NCBI GenBank assembly: GCA_964591235.1
Contig: CAZPZX010000001.1
Span: 1 to 40,199 of the forward strand
Origin: an uncultured Pseudomonadota bacterium
GTDB lineage: Bacteria > Babelota > Babeliae > Babelales > Vermiphilaceae
Reading direction: 5' to 3'
Length of the DNA: 40,199 nt
A program made the translations under genes and the position numbers. Positions 26,151-34,498 of the stretch are shown here, in pieces (the first letter of the stretch is position 1; the number at the start of each line of letters is the position of its first letter). The notes beneath the pieces are model-generated. The model searched no databases. It was not told the DNA's origin and saw nothing but the letters and a program-made list of their open reading frames with translations.

Positions 26151-26185
26151 AAAAGTGTTTATGACTATAAAGACAGAAAACGGAC

Positions 26186-26845
26186 ATGAAATTAGTAAAA
26201 TTATTGATTGCGTCACTTCTTGTGATGAGCATCCAACCAATTCACAGCATGGCATATTTAAAAAGTTGGTGGGGTTCGAACCAAACACCCGAACAAAGAG
26301 CCCAAGAAGCTACTCTAGCGTTGCAAAAACTGTCCACTTATAGGCCATCATCCATAGGGGAATCTTGGAAAATTCCTAAAATAAAACAGTTAATTCAAGA
26401 TGGCGCTAATCCAAATATACCTAATGCAGATGGGGATTATCCACTCATCCTTGTAGCTGGCGAGCACTGGCCTGAACTTCTTAGCCTTCTTTTAGAAAAA
26501 AATGTTGATCCCAATGTGCAAAATAGTAATGGAAGCACTGCTCTATTAGCCGCGCTACAGCACACTATCGAGAATGCTGGCGATTATGAACGAAAAAAAC
26601 AGATTGTTCACCTGCTACTTGAAAAACAAGCAGATCCAAATATACGAAATAATGGCGTGAGCCCTTTATCTGCGGCCATCTGGTTTTTAGATAAACCCGA
26701 ATTAGTAAAGTTATTGCTCGATTATGGAGCCAACCCCTTTAACACTGACCAACAGGGATTATCTGATCGCGACCTTGGACTTCAATCGCAAAATCCTGAA
26801 ATAAGAAAATTACTCAGTGGGTATGGTATAGAAAAATTACCATAA
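26186..26845 (+). CDS. Ankyrin-repeat protein with signal peptide
   Basis: The leader is MKLVKLLIASLLVMSIQPIHS followed by MAYL. About 4 ANK units are visible (..DGDYPLILVAGEHWPELLSLLLEKNVDPNVQNSNGSTALLAAL..). Confidence 0.85.
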   Translation: MKLVKLLIASLLVMSIQPIHSMAYLKSWWGSNQTPEQRAQEATLALQKLSTYRPSSIGESWKIPKIKQLIQDGANPNIPNADGDYPLILVAGEHWPELLSLLLEKNVDPNVQNSNGSTALLAALQHTIENAGDYERKKQIVHLLLEKQADPNIRNNGVSPLSAAIWFLDKPELVKLLLDYGANPFNTDQQGLSDRDLGLQSQNPEIRKLLSGYGIEKLP

Positions 26846-26914
26846 TTTCTCATATTCCTTTTGCCAAAAAGGTGCTATTATAGCTTATTATTACCCTTTT
26901 TTTAAGCTATAACC

Positions 26915-28045
26915 ATGAATCCATTTCGTTTTGAACTAATCCATCAATCTCGCAAGTCCCGCGCACGCGTTGGCCGTATCCATACTCCCCATGGAGTTAT
27001 AGACACGCCAAATTTCGTCGCCGTGGGCACCAATGGCACCCTCAAAGGGGTAGACAGTGAAATGGTCAATGAAATTGGGTTACAGCTTATGTTCTGCAAC
27101 ACGTATCATCTTATGCTCCAGCCAGGCACTGAGATTGTTAAAAAAGCAGGTGGATTGCATCGCTTTATCAATCGAAATGCCCCTATCATCACTGATTCAG
27201 GTGGGTTTCAGGTCTTTAGCCTTGCCTATGGCACGGTTAAAGATGAGCTTAAAAGTAAGGGGCAAAAAAAATCTGATAATGGCGTAGTCAAAACAACTGA
27301 AGAAGGGGTTTTATTTCGTTCGTATCGCGATGGTCAAAAGATATTGCTCACTCCTGAAAGCTCAGTTCAAGCGCAAAAAGACTTGGGGGCAGATATTATC
27401 ATCCCATTTGATGAATTACCGCCCTATCACATCGATCCACAAGTTCTTAAACGATCTCTTGAGCGCACCCATCGCTGGGAGAAGCGTTCTCTTGATACAC
27501 ACTTACAAAATCCGGCAAATCAGGCAATGTATGCGGTGATCCATGGCGGAATCGATCAAGATCTACGCACTAAAAGCTGCCAGTATTTAACCGGCCTCCC
27601 TTTTGATGGATTTGCAATCGGCGGATCACTGGGCAAAACCAAACAACAGATGTTTGATATGCTCACGTACGTGATGCCGCAATTGCCATCTGATAAACCA
27701 AATCATCTTCTGGGAATTGGCGATTTAGAATCGATACAAACATGCGTTACTTTAGGTATCGATACGTTTGATAGTTCGCATCCAACCCGCTGCGCGCGCC
27801 ACGGTTTATTATTTACCAGTGAAGGCAACCTTAAGATTGGTAACACCGCCAATAAAATGGCTTTTGAGCCGATTGATAAAAACTGTTGTTGCATCGTATG
27901 CAAGAAATTTACCCGTGCCTATTTGCATCACTTATTTAAAGCAAATGAACTTTCTGGATACACGCTAGCAAGTATCCATAATTTACATTTCATGGTCCAG
28001 CTAATGGCCAACTACCGAAAACAAATTTTAAATGATGAGATTTAA
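26915..28045 (+). CDS. tgt: tRNA-guanine transglycosylase (queuine tRNA-ribosyltransferase), divergent substrate pocket
   Basis: It has ..TPNFVAVGTNGTLKG.., ITDSGGFQVFSL, the catalytic FDS..PTR region and the Zn site CCCIVC..HHL. The pocket motifs read FDELPP and GGSLGKT instead of the FDECTP and GGLAVGE I recall for E. coli. Confidence 0.9.
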   Translation: MNPFRFELIHQSRKSRARVGRIHTPHGVIDTPNFVAVGTNGTLKGVDSEMVNEIGLQLMFCNTYHLMLQPGTEIVKKAGGLHRFINRNAPIITDSGGFQVFSLAYGTVKDELKSKGQKKSDNGVVKTTEEGVLFRSYRDGQKILLTPESSVQAQKDLGADIIIPFDELPPYHIDPQVLKRSLERTHRWEKRSLDTHLQNPANQAMYAVIHGGIDQDLRTKSCQYLTGLPFDGFAIGGSLGKTKQQMFDMLTYVMPQLPSDKPNHLLGIGDLESIQTCVTLGIDTFDSSHPTRCARHGLLFTSEGNLKIGNTANKMAFEPIDKNCCCIVCKKFTRAYLHHLFKANELSGYTLASIHNLHFMVQLMANYRKQILNDEI

Positions 28046-28048
28046 ACA

Positions 28049-28801
28049 ATGACAGAAATTAAAAAAATTACTTCAAGAACCCACGAAGACGTTAAAAAAG
28101 TTATTGAACTTCATGATAAAAAAGGCCGCACCGAGCACCACAAATTTATCGCTGAAGGCTTGCGCACCTGCTCAACGCTTGCAAAGACTGGCACTAAACT
28201 TGTTCAGATGTATACAACTGAAGAGAATCTTCCTGCAGTAAAAGAATTCGTAAAGAATTTCTTTATCACTATTGTTGAAGATCATGTAATGCAAAAAATG
28301 AGTACCGCAAGCACACCCAGTGGTATTTTAGCAGTTTTTGAAATTCCAAAACAAACCACCTTCTCAGAATTAACTTCCGGATTAGTGATGGCAAACATTA
28401 CTGATCCTGGAAACGCAGGAAGTTTATTGCGCACTGCAGCGGCACTCAATATTAAAAATGTCGTGATCATCGATGGCGTTGATATCTGGAGTCCAAAAGT
28501 GGTCCAAGCATCTGCAGGCTGCTTAAATCAAATCAAAATTATGGACACCAACTGGCAAACACTCCAGAAATGGAAAAAGGAACTTAAATTGTATGCGTTG
28601 GTAGTCAAAGGCGGCAAAGCTCCATCAGAAATGAACTTTGAAAATTCATTATTGATCGTGGGTAATGAAGCGCACGGCATTCCTAAAGAATGGTTGCGTG
28701 AAGTTGATGGCTATGTAACTATTCCAATGCCGGGTAGCACTGAAAGTTTAAATGCTGCCGTTGCCGGATCACTGGGCATGTACTTAGCGTTTAATAAATA
28801 A
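28049..28801 (+). CDS. TrmH/SpoU-family RNA 2'-O-methyltransferase
   Basis: The motifs ..ITDPGNAGSLLRTAAA.., ..LIVGNEAHGI.. and ..IPMPGSTESLNAAVA.. are present. It starts 3 nt after the tgt stop. Confidence 0.8.
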   Translation: MTEIKKITSRTHEDVKKVIELHDKKGRTEHHKFIAEGLRTCSTLAKTGTKLVQMYTTEENLPAVKEFVKNFFITIVEDHVMQKMSTASTPSGILAVFEIPKQTTFSELTSGLVMANITDPGNAGSLLRTAAALNIKNVVIIDGVDIWSPKVVQASAGCLNQIKIMDTNWQTLQKWKKELKLYALVVKGGKAPSEMNFENSLLIVGNEAHGIPKEWLREVDGYVTIPMPGSTESLNAAVAGSLGMYLAFNK

Positions 28802-28808
28802 TTACTGT

Positions 28809-29180
28809 TTACGGCAATTTTTCTTTTTTAAGTGGATTAGCTTGTTGCGTAACTGATTGAGCTGGCACTGCCGTTGGATTTCGGAGCAGTGGCATTTCGC
28901 GTCGGTGTATTATCATTATTGCTTGCCGTGTATTAAAATCATTAATTGATCGGGGATTGCTGGGATTTCTGGGATTTTGCCGTATATTCCGAATCTCTTG
29001 TTGCAAGAGTCTGACATTATGCCTTTTACCTACCGGCAGATTTGATAACTGATCTGGTCTAAGAGTATACGCTAAATCAACCAGTTCTTGGACTACGTCG
29101 CGCGGCTCATTGGGCACTTGAAAGCTTATTACAGGTGAAGTGATAATAATTAGACAGAGGAAAATAAAGCTTTTTTTCAT
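28809..29180 (-). CDS. Small secreted protein with N/P/R-rich low-complexity region
   Basis: GGAG lies upstream of the ATG at 29180. The leader is MKKSFIFLCLIIITSPVISF. The low-complexity stretch reads ..IRNIRQNPRNPSNPRSIN... Confidence 0.55.
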   Translation of the reverse strand: MKKSFIFLCLIIITSPVISFQVPNEPRDVVQELVDLAYTLRPDQLSNLPVGKRHNVRLLQQEIRNIRQNPRNPSNPRSINDFNTRQAIMIIHRREMPLLRNPTAVPAQSVTQQANPLKKEKLP

Positions 29181-29345
29181 AATAATTCTCCGGATAATTA
29201 AGTAATACTTTCTTGTTATAATAGTTTTTAACAACAATCAGCAACAAAAAAATAGAGCAGTTTCCTAATTCAATAAATTAACTATACTGAACGTGATAAG
29301 GCATTTTGTGCTTTTAATAACATAACAATAGAAAGATTGTAATCG

Positions 29346-30638
29346 ATGGCCACCGCGCATAAATTATCCCTGGCAACGGCAATACTCATAAACCTGAATA
29401 TTATGATGGGAGCCGGTATTTTTATTAATACGGTTGAACTTGCAAAGCGTGCCGGTTTATTGGGTGCATTTATGTATCCACTTATTGGTATTTTGATTTT
29501 GCCTCTGATCGTTGCAATCGCAAAATTGATTAAATTACATCCGGCCGGTGGATTTTATATTTTTGCACAAAAAGAGATTAATCCATTTGTAGGGTATTTG
29601 AGTACCTGGAGTTACTTTATCGCTAAACTTGCTTCTGCAAGCTTAATGATTCATGTTTCAGTTTCACTAATTACTCAAATTTTTCCCGGATTGTTAAGCC
29701 ATGCTTCTATACTTTGGTATGACCTTGCTATTGTTACACTCTTTATTGGATTAAACTTATTGCACATGAAAACCGGAAGCCGCATTCAGTTTGGCTTTTT
29801 GGGGTTTAAATTAATACCCATTTTATTTGTAATTGCTTCAGGATTAATTTTCTTCAATCTTGCAGCGATTAGCACTCTTCCGATTATTTGGACAGGCATC
29901 ACCGGCAGTTTACCATTTGTACTCTATGCGGCAACCGGATTTGAGGCAACATGCGCACTTAGTAGTCAAATTGAAGATGCGGAACGCAATGGCCCTCGCG
30001 CCATTTTAATCTCATTTTCAACAATGATGGTTTTAGTCTTTTTATTTCAATTTCTATTTTACCTATTATTAGGTAACACACTCGCATCACAATCAAATTA
30101 TTTAGGCGCATTTCCGGCACTTTTAGAATATTTAATTCCGAATAACCCAACACTTGCCTATAAACTACAAGCATTCTTTAATCTTGCAATCGCATCATCT
30201 GCATTGGGCGGCTGCTATGGAATTCTATACAGTAATAATTGGAACTTATACACCCTTGCACAGCACCAAAAAGTTGCCGGTTGGCAGTACTTAACCCGTT
30301 TAAATAAGCATGCTATTCCCTATTTGTGTTTAGCAGCAGAATGGATATTATGTGTTGGCTATTTAACCTATAGCGGCGGCAATCAATTAATACTGCAACC
30401 ATTAGCAGCTTTAGGAACAACGTTAACATATACTATCAGCGTTATAGCCCTTTATTATGCAGGAAGAAGAACTAACTTCTTTACAGGATGGAAACTGGTA
30501 GCTATTACTGCCCTTGCAAGCTGTCTAGTTTTAATCGGCGCATGTATTCGCAATTTTATTCTTGCAGGAATTGTTCCGCTCATAGCATTCTTTTTACTGT
30601 TACTTTTTGGTTTAACTTTTTATAAAAAAAATAATTAG
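29346..30638 (+). CDS. APC-superfamily amino acid permease
   Basis: The 430-aa protein has about 12 TM segments. The N-terminus ..AILINLNIMMGAGIF.. is typical of amino acid/polyamine permeases. Confidence 0.8.
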   Translation: MATAHKLSLATAILINLNIMMGAGIFINTVELAKRAGLLGAFMYPLIGILILPLIVAIAKLIKLHPAGGFYIFAQKEINPFVGYLSTWSYFIAKLASASLMIHVSVSLITQIFPGLLSHASILWYDLAIVTLFIGLNLLHMKTGSRIQFGFLGFKLIPILFVIASGLIFFNLAAISTLPIIWTGITGSLPFVLYAATGFEATCALSSQIEDAERNGPRAILISFSTMMVLVFLFQFLFYLLLGNTLASQSNYLGAFPALLEYLIPNNPTLAYKLQAFFNLAIASSALGGCYGILYSNNWNLYTLAQHQKVAGWQYLTRLNKHAIPYLCLAAEWILCVGYLTYSGGNQLILQPLAALGTTLTYTISVIALYYAGRRTNFFTGWKLVAITALASCLVLIGACIRNFILAGIVPLIAFFLLLLFGLTFYKKNN

Positions 30639-30712
30639 AACATATTGCATTTGCCAATTAAAATACAATTTCTAAAAAAAGACTTTTCATTTTTTTGTCA
30701 TTGAAGGAATTT

Positions 30713-31267
30713 ATGCACAAGATACCACTATCTTTGCTCGCGCTTATTCATGTCGTTTTATTTAGCATGGATAAAAAAGATGAGATTTACCACTTAGACA
30801 ATGACCAAAAGCTGGCATATTATCTTAATACGTACAAAAAAATTCCCGATTTAACAGACAAAGTTCTACAACTGTTAGAAGAAGGGGTCGATGTTAACCG
30901 CCGCATCAGTTGCGAAGATGAAGCAATAAAAATCGTTTTAAAAGAACAAGGGTATACGGCGCAAGCAATTGCAGATGCAGTTAGCGAGTATCGTCGTGAA
31001 TCATGGACACCACTCATTTCTATTGCTCAGCGAAACTATAAGCCCATAAGCGGCCCTGAACAACGATTAATAACGAATTCGCTCTTGCACAAAGGTGCTC
31101 GCGCTGATGCGGGTTATCACAGCAGTGATCCAGAAATGAATGGCATGACTGCTCGAAATTTTGCATATCAATCTGAAGTGTTTAGAGATTTTACAGAAAC
31201 ACTTGCTGATTTCGAATACCAACAATGGCTCAAAGAAGTTGCCAAAAGAAATAACAAAAATAAGTAA
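30713..31267 (+). CDS. Ankyrin-like protein with signal peptide
   Basis: GAAGGAA lies upstream of the ATG at 30713. The leader is MHKIPLSLLALIHVVLFS followed by MDKK. Loose ANK-like units are present (..VLQLLEEGVDVN.., ..WTPLISIAQRN..LLHKGARADAG..). Confidence 0.5.
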   Translation: MHKIPLSLLALIHVVLFSMDKKDEIYHLDNDQKLAYYLNTYKKIPDLTDKVLQLLEEGVDVNRRISCEDEAIKIVLKEQGYTAQAIADAVSEYRRESWTPLISIAQRNYKPISGPEQRLITNSLLHKGARADAGYHSSDPEMNGMTARNFAYQSEVFRDFTETLADFEYQQWLKEVAKRNNKNK

Positions 31268-31322
31268 TTAATTATTTAAACATGGAGAATGCGTTAGCTG
31301 CTAAGAATTGGTTATTTATTTT

Positions 31323-31766
31323 TTATGATTGTTGGATAAGATCTTTGATACCAAGTCCAATTAAAGGTAATCCGATTGCTAATGCGGGTATAAATCCGGA
31401 TAACGCTTTTAGACCACGACTAATTATAAAGCCCTTTTCTTCGATGCCGGTGTGGCCTTTTGCCCAGTCAAGTTTTCCTGCTTTATAAAGCTGACGTTCA
31501 TAATTACACTTGTGAGCATTATAGAGTGCTGCAGTTATACATCCTAGCCCGCCTGCGATTTCAAATACAGGACGCCCATAAGGGGATGATAATGCGCTAG
31601 AATAACTTTTGTAGATTCCAGCACCCACTCCAGCTAAAATCAATGATACAGCAGCTAAGCTTGAAGCACTATCAATATTTTCTTGAGAAAGTATTTTTGG
31701 ATACGAAAATGCATTTGATGCAACGCCAAATGTCATTAATAATGTTAAAAAATATGTTAATTTCAT
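31323..31766 (-). CDS. Glycine-zipper membrane/secreted protein
   Basis: GGAGGA lies upstream of the ATG at 31766. The leader is MKLTYFLTLLMTFGVASNAFS. It contains ..LAAVSLILAGVGAGIY.. and a C-terminal ..IGLPLIGLGI... Confidence 0.55.
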   Translation of the reverse strand: MKLTYFLTLLMTFGVASNAFSYPKILSQENIDSASSLAAVSLILAGVGAGIYKSYSSALSSPYGRPVFEIAGGLGCITAALYNAHKCNYERQLYKAGKLDWAKGHTGIEEKGFIISRGLKALSGFIPALAIGLPLIGLGIKDLIQQS

Positions 31767-31788
31767 TTTATTCCTCCAATTTAGTATT

Positions 31789-31816
31789 ATATTAACACAT
31801 CTATAGCAAATGGCAA
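31789..31816 (-). promoter_or_regulatory. Candidate promoter (extended -10) for the 31323..31766 gene
   Basis: The minus strand reads TTGCCA (31816-31811), N16, TGtTAATAT (-10 at 31794-31789). Confidence 0.4.
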
Positions 31817-31840
31817 CCATATAATTCAGATAGAAAATAT

Positions 31841-32905
31841 CTATCTTAACTTAAGCGTCATTAATGCAATCAAGCAAAGCATTAATGATATAATCCCAAA
31901 TCGTGTAGTAATTTTCGCTTCCGGCCAACCTAATAACTCAAAGTGATGATGAATTGGCGCCATCTTAAAGATGCGTTTTTTCCAACGTTTATAGACAAAC
32001 ACCTGCAGCACTACCGAGAGTGTTTCAATAACAAATAATCCGCCTGAAATGATTAAAAGCAGTTCTTGTTTAGTCATCAAAGCCATCATACCTAATCCTG
32101 CTCCTAATGCCAAAGAACCCACATCTCCCATAAATACTTGAGCAGGGTACGCATTAAACCATAAAAAGCCTAAAGATGCTCCGATCAACGTAGCACCCAT
32201 AACCGCTAATTCAGCTGAGCCTGCATAGGGAATATTCAGGTATACCGCAAAAAGCATATGGCCTGCCAAGTAGGCGACTATCGAAAAAACGACAAAATTG
32301 GGCAATAATGAGCCGATCGCAAGGCCATCAAGGCCATCGGTCAGGTTCACGGCATTTGAGCAGCTCACGATGATAAACATAGCCCAGGGAATAAATAATA
32401 TCCCCAGGTTCGGGTTAATATTCTTAAAAAATGGAAAAGATACCGTCGTTGAAGCATGGCCAACATACACCCACAATAAGCTGACCAGCGCTGCCACGCT
32501 CCATTGAGCAATAAACTTGCCGCGCGCGGAGATACCTTTGTTATACTTAATCTTACCCCAATCATCCCAAAAACCGATCGCGCCAAACCCGAACAAACAG
32601 AGTAAAAAGATCCAAATCACAGGATTTGTTAGATCTGCCCAAAAAAGGCTGGTGACCAATACGGTCATCAGAATGAATATCCCTCCCATCGTAGGCATAT
32701 TATCCTTGGCTTTATGGGTATCCGGAGTAAATTCACGAGCCTTAGAGCGCACATAATTGGCCCAGGTACCTATAAACCAGCCCCCAAAGACAATTGAGAG
32801 TAAAAGCGAGGTCAAAAGGGATGCCATCGCCCGAAAACTGATATAGTGAAAAAGGTTGGCAAAAATGAAACTATCTTTAAAATAATCGGCAAGGAGATAA
32901 AACAT
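31841..32905 (-). CDS. mraY: Phospho-N-acetylmuramoyl-pentapeptide transferase
   Basis: The 354-aa polytopic protein has ..PTMGGI.., ..NAVNLTDGLDGLA.., ..VFMGDVGSLALGA.. and ..APIHHHFEL... Confidence 0.95.
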   Translation of the reverse strand: MFYLLADYFKDSFIFANLFHYISFRAMASLLTSLLLSIVFGGWFIGTWANYVRSKAREFTPDTHKAKDNMPTMGGIFILMTVLVTSLFWADLTNPVIWIFLLCLFGFGAIGFWDDWGKIKYNKGISARGKFIAQWSVAALVSLLWVYVGHASTTVSFPFFKNINPNLGILFIPWAMFIIVSCSNAVNLTDGLDGLAIGSLLPNFVVFSIVAYLAGHMLFAVYLNIPYAGSAELAVMGATLIGASLGFLWFNAYPAQVFMGDVGSLALGAGLGMMALMTKQELLLIISGGLFVIETLSVVLQVFVYKRWKKRIFKMAPIHHHFELLGWPEAKITTRFGIISLMLCLIALMTLKLR

Positions 32906-33096
32906 TCATTTTCCAGGTTTAAACGAGGGTTTTTAAGGGGTAAAAAGGGACCATTTTTAAAAGCATATCCGATCGCTCGTTTAAATCAATAGAATAGCCC
33001 CTAATTTGACTAAAAAAATAGCTCTGGTAGGCTTAATATTGTCAAGATGAAATATGTCTCAAAACAATTTTAACCTGTAGACAAAGAGGTTTTGAC

Positions 33097-33861
33097 ATGA
33101 AAACTCATACATTGAAATTCAAAGCAGCATTGATAGCTGCCTTTTTAGCTTTAGCAACCCAATCAGCTGTGTACGCTGATATTCCTAAAAGAGCGGTTGT
33201 AGCGGTAATGCAAGATGCAGAATTTAATACCTGGCTTGCAAAACAGATTTCTGAAGACGCTAATAATATTTTAACTATATCAGAAGCTCAATTTTTAGAG
33301 CTTATGGTAAACCGTATTAAACATGACGCGGTTGAGCAAATTATTGATGACGTTGAAGGTTGGACTAAAACTTCACCAGAGTCACAATTAATTAGACTTT
33401 ATAAACGTCAGGGTCTAATTATCAAAAACTTAATGCTTGATCCAATGGAAAAGCGCTTAGCAAATGCTAACCAAAATAGTGATTTTGCTAAAATTATCCA
33501 AAACGCGATCAAAGTAGCTAAAACCATGGCATATACCAAACTTGAAGAGCTTACCAAAATGCTTGAAGCTCACAAAGGTTGTCCAGATTGGAATAAAGGT
33601 AAGCCACACATTTTAGCAGGTAAATTAAGAACCCTTTTAAAGAAAATTATCTCGCCAGATACGCTTACTAACCTTGAAAAAGAGCTTGGCGAAATCTTAG
33701 TATTAGTAAAACGCTCAGGCAATAGCGATTTAGTCGTTAAAGAGCTAGTAGAGCTACAAAAGTTGATTGCAGAAATTAAAGGAAAAGCTGCAGCAACCCA
33801 ATCTAAGATAAACGGAATCGAATTATTAACTATTATTGGTCAAAAAGAAAGACAATTGTAA
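33097..33861 (+). CDS. Secreted helical protein, unknown function
   Basis: The leader is MKTHTLKFKAALIAAFLALATQSAVYA. The mature part is helical and charged. Confidence 0.6.
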   Translation: MKTHTLKFKAALIAAFLALATQSAVYADIPKRAVVAVMQDAEFNTWLAKQISEDANNILTISEAQFLELMVNRIKHDAVEQIIDDVEGWTKTSPESQLIRLYKRQGLIIKNLMLDPMEKRLANANQNSDFAKIIQNAIKVAKTMAYTKLEELTKMLEAHKGCPDWNKGKPHILAGKLRTLLKKIISPDTLTNLEKELGEILVLVKRSGNSDLVVKELVELQKLIAEIKGKAAATQSKINGIELLTIIGQKERQL

Positions 33862-33971
33862 ACCATCAATCAAACCAAGGATTACTTATGAATTCATCAG
33901 TAGTCACTCAGGGGAAATAGAGGTAAACAAGGAGCTTTTTTTGAAGCACTAAAATAATATGGCAAATCTAG

Positions 33972-34005
33972 GGGTGGAGATTAACGTCTCCACCCTTTCT
34001 CATTT
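33972..34005 (+). terminator. Candidate intrinsic terminator
   Basis: The stem GGGTGGAGA / TCTCCACCC runs 33972-33980 / 33987-33995 and is followed by TTTCTCATTTT. It lies about 110 nt after the 33861 stop. Confidence 0.45.
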
Positions 34006-34083
34006 TCTGTTGTATAATTCAAAAAACCGTATATATACTAAGCCCAACTATTATTCTAAAACCTAAAATTTTGGTGAGGTCCT

Positions 34084-34422
34084 ATGAAAAAAGTAATATT
34101 TGCTCTGGCACTAGCATTACCTTTCATTTCAAGCGCTTATTCTGGCACAGAATCGAAACCTCGCTTTAATCCAAAATTAACAATACCTGCATCAATTCTT
34201 CCTCGATTAACCGAAAATGCAGAAGTAGATATCAATGCAATTGTTACTGATTTAGCTGCCTGGAATGCAATTGATATAGACCATGGTTCATCTGTCGCTC
34301 TTGGAAATGGACAGTGGTGGGTATCAGGCCGCTGTGAATATCTTCAATTAGACCCAATTTGCAATGAATCATTTGTTGTTTCAGTAAATGTTGTAGGCAC
34401 CGGAGCAAGCATAAACGCGTAA
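34084..34422 (+). CDS. Small secreted protein, unknown function
   Basis: GGTGAGG lies upstream. The leader is MKKVIFALALALPFISSAYS. A perfect TATAAT sits at 34013-34018 upstream. Confidence 0.55.
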   Translation: MKKVIFALALALPFISSAYSGTESKPRFNPKLTIPASILPRLTENAEVDINAIVTDLAAWNAIDIDHGSSVALGNGQWWVSGRCEYLQLDPICNESFVVSVNVVGTGASINA

Positions 34423-34459
34423 TACAAGGCTTGCGCAATACGATAAACTTACTTAAACT

Positions 34460-34498
34460 AAATTACCAGGTACAAAGCAGTATCTGGTAATTTTTTTT
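34460..34498 (+). terminator. Intrinsic terminator 8 nt upstream of the mnmG start
   Basis: A 10-bp stem AAATTACCAG / CTGGTAATTT runs 34460-34469 / 34484-34493. The T-run continues to 34498. Confidence 0.65.

Noticed and set aside
26273-26282. The sequence GGTTCGAACC resembles a tRNA T-loop.
   Set aside because: It lies inside the ankyrin CDS (codons for ..WWGSNQ..). The flanks do not form a T-stem, acceptor stem or anticodon arm.
26155-26343. An alternative-frame 62-aa ORF overlaps the 5' end of the ankyrin gene.
   Set aside because: It has a GTG start and no recognisable features. The 26186 frame encodes the leader plus the ANK repeats.
26880-26910. An 8-bp AT-rich hairpin (ATAGCTTA / TAAGCTAT) lies just before the tgt start, which has no obvious Shine-Dalgarno. 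I considered whether it is a regulatory element or a 'split RBS' that brings AAAGGTG (26866-26872) closer to the start.
   Set aside because: The stem is weak and AT-rich, the loop is 15 nt and there is no supporting conservation. I cannot distinguish it from chance in AT-rich DNA.
31282-31488. A 68-aa plus-strand ORF lies between the ANK-like gene and mraY.
   Set aside because: It is antisense to the better-supported 31323..31766 gene, which has GGAGGA, a leader and a glycine zipper. It has no Shine-Dalgarno.
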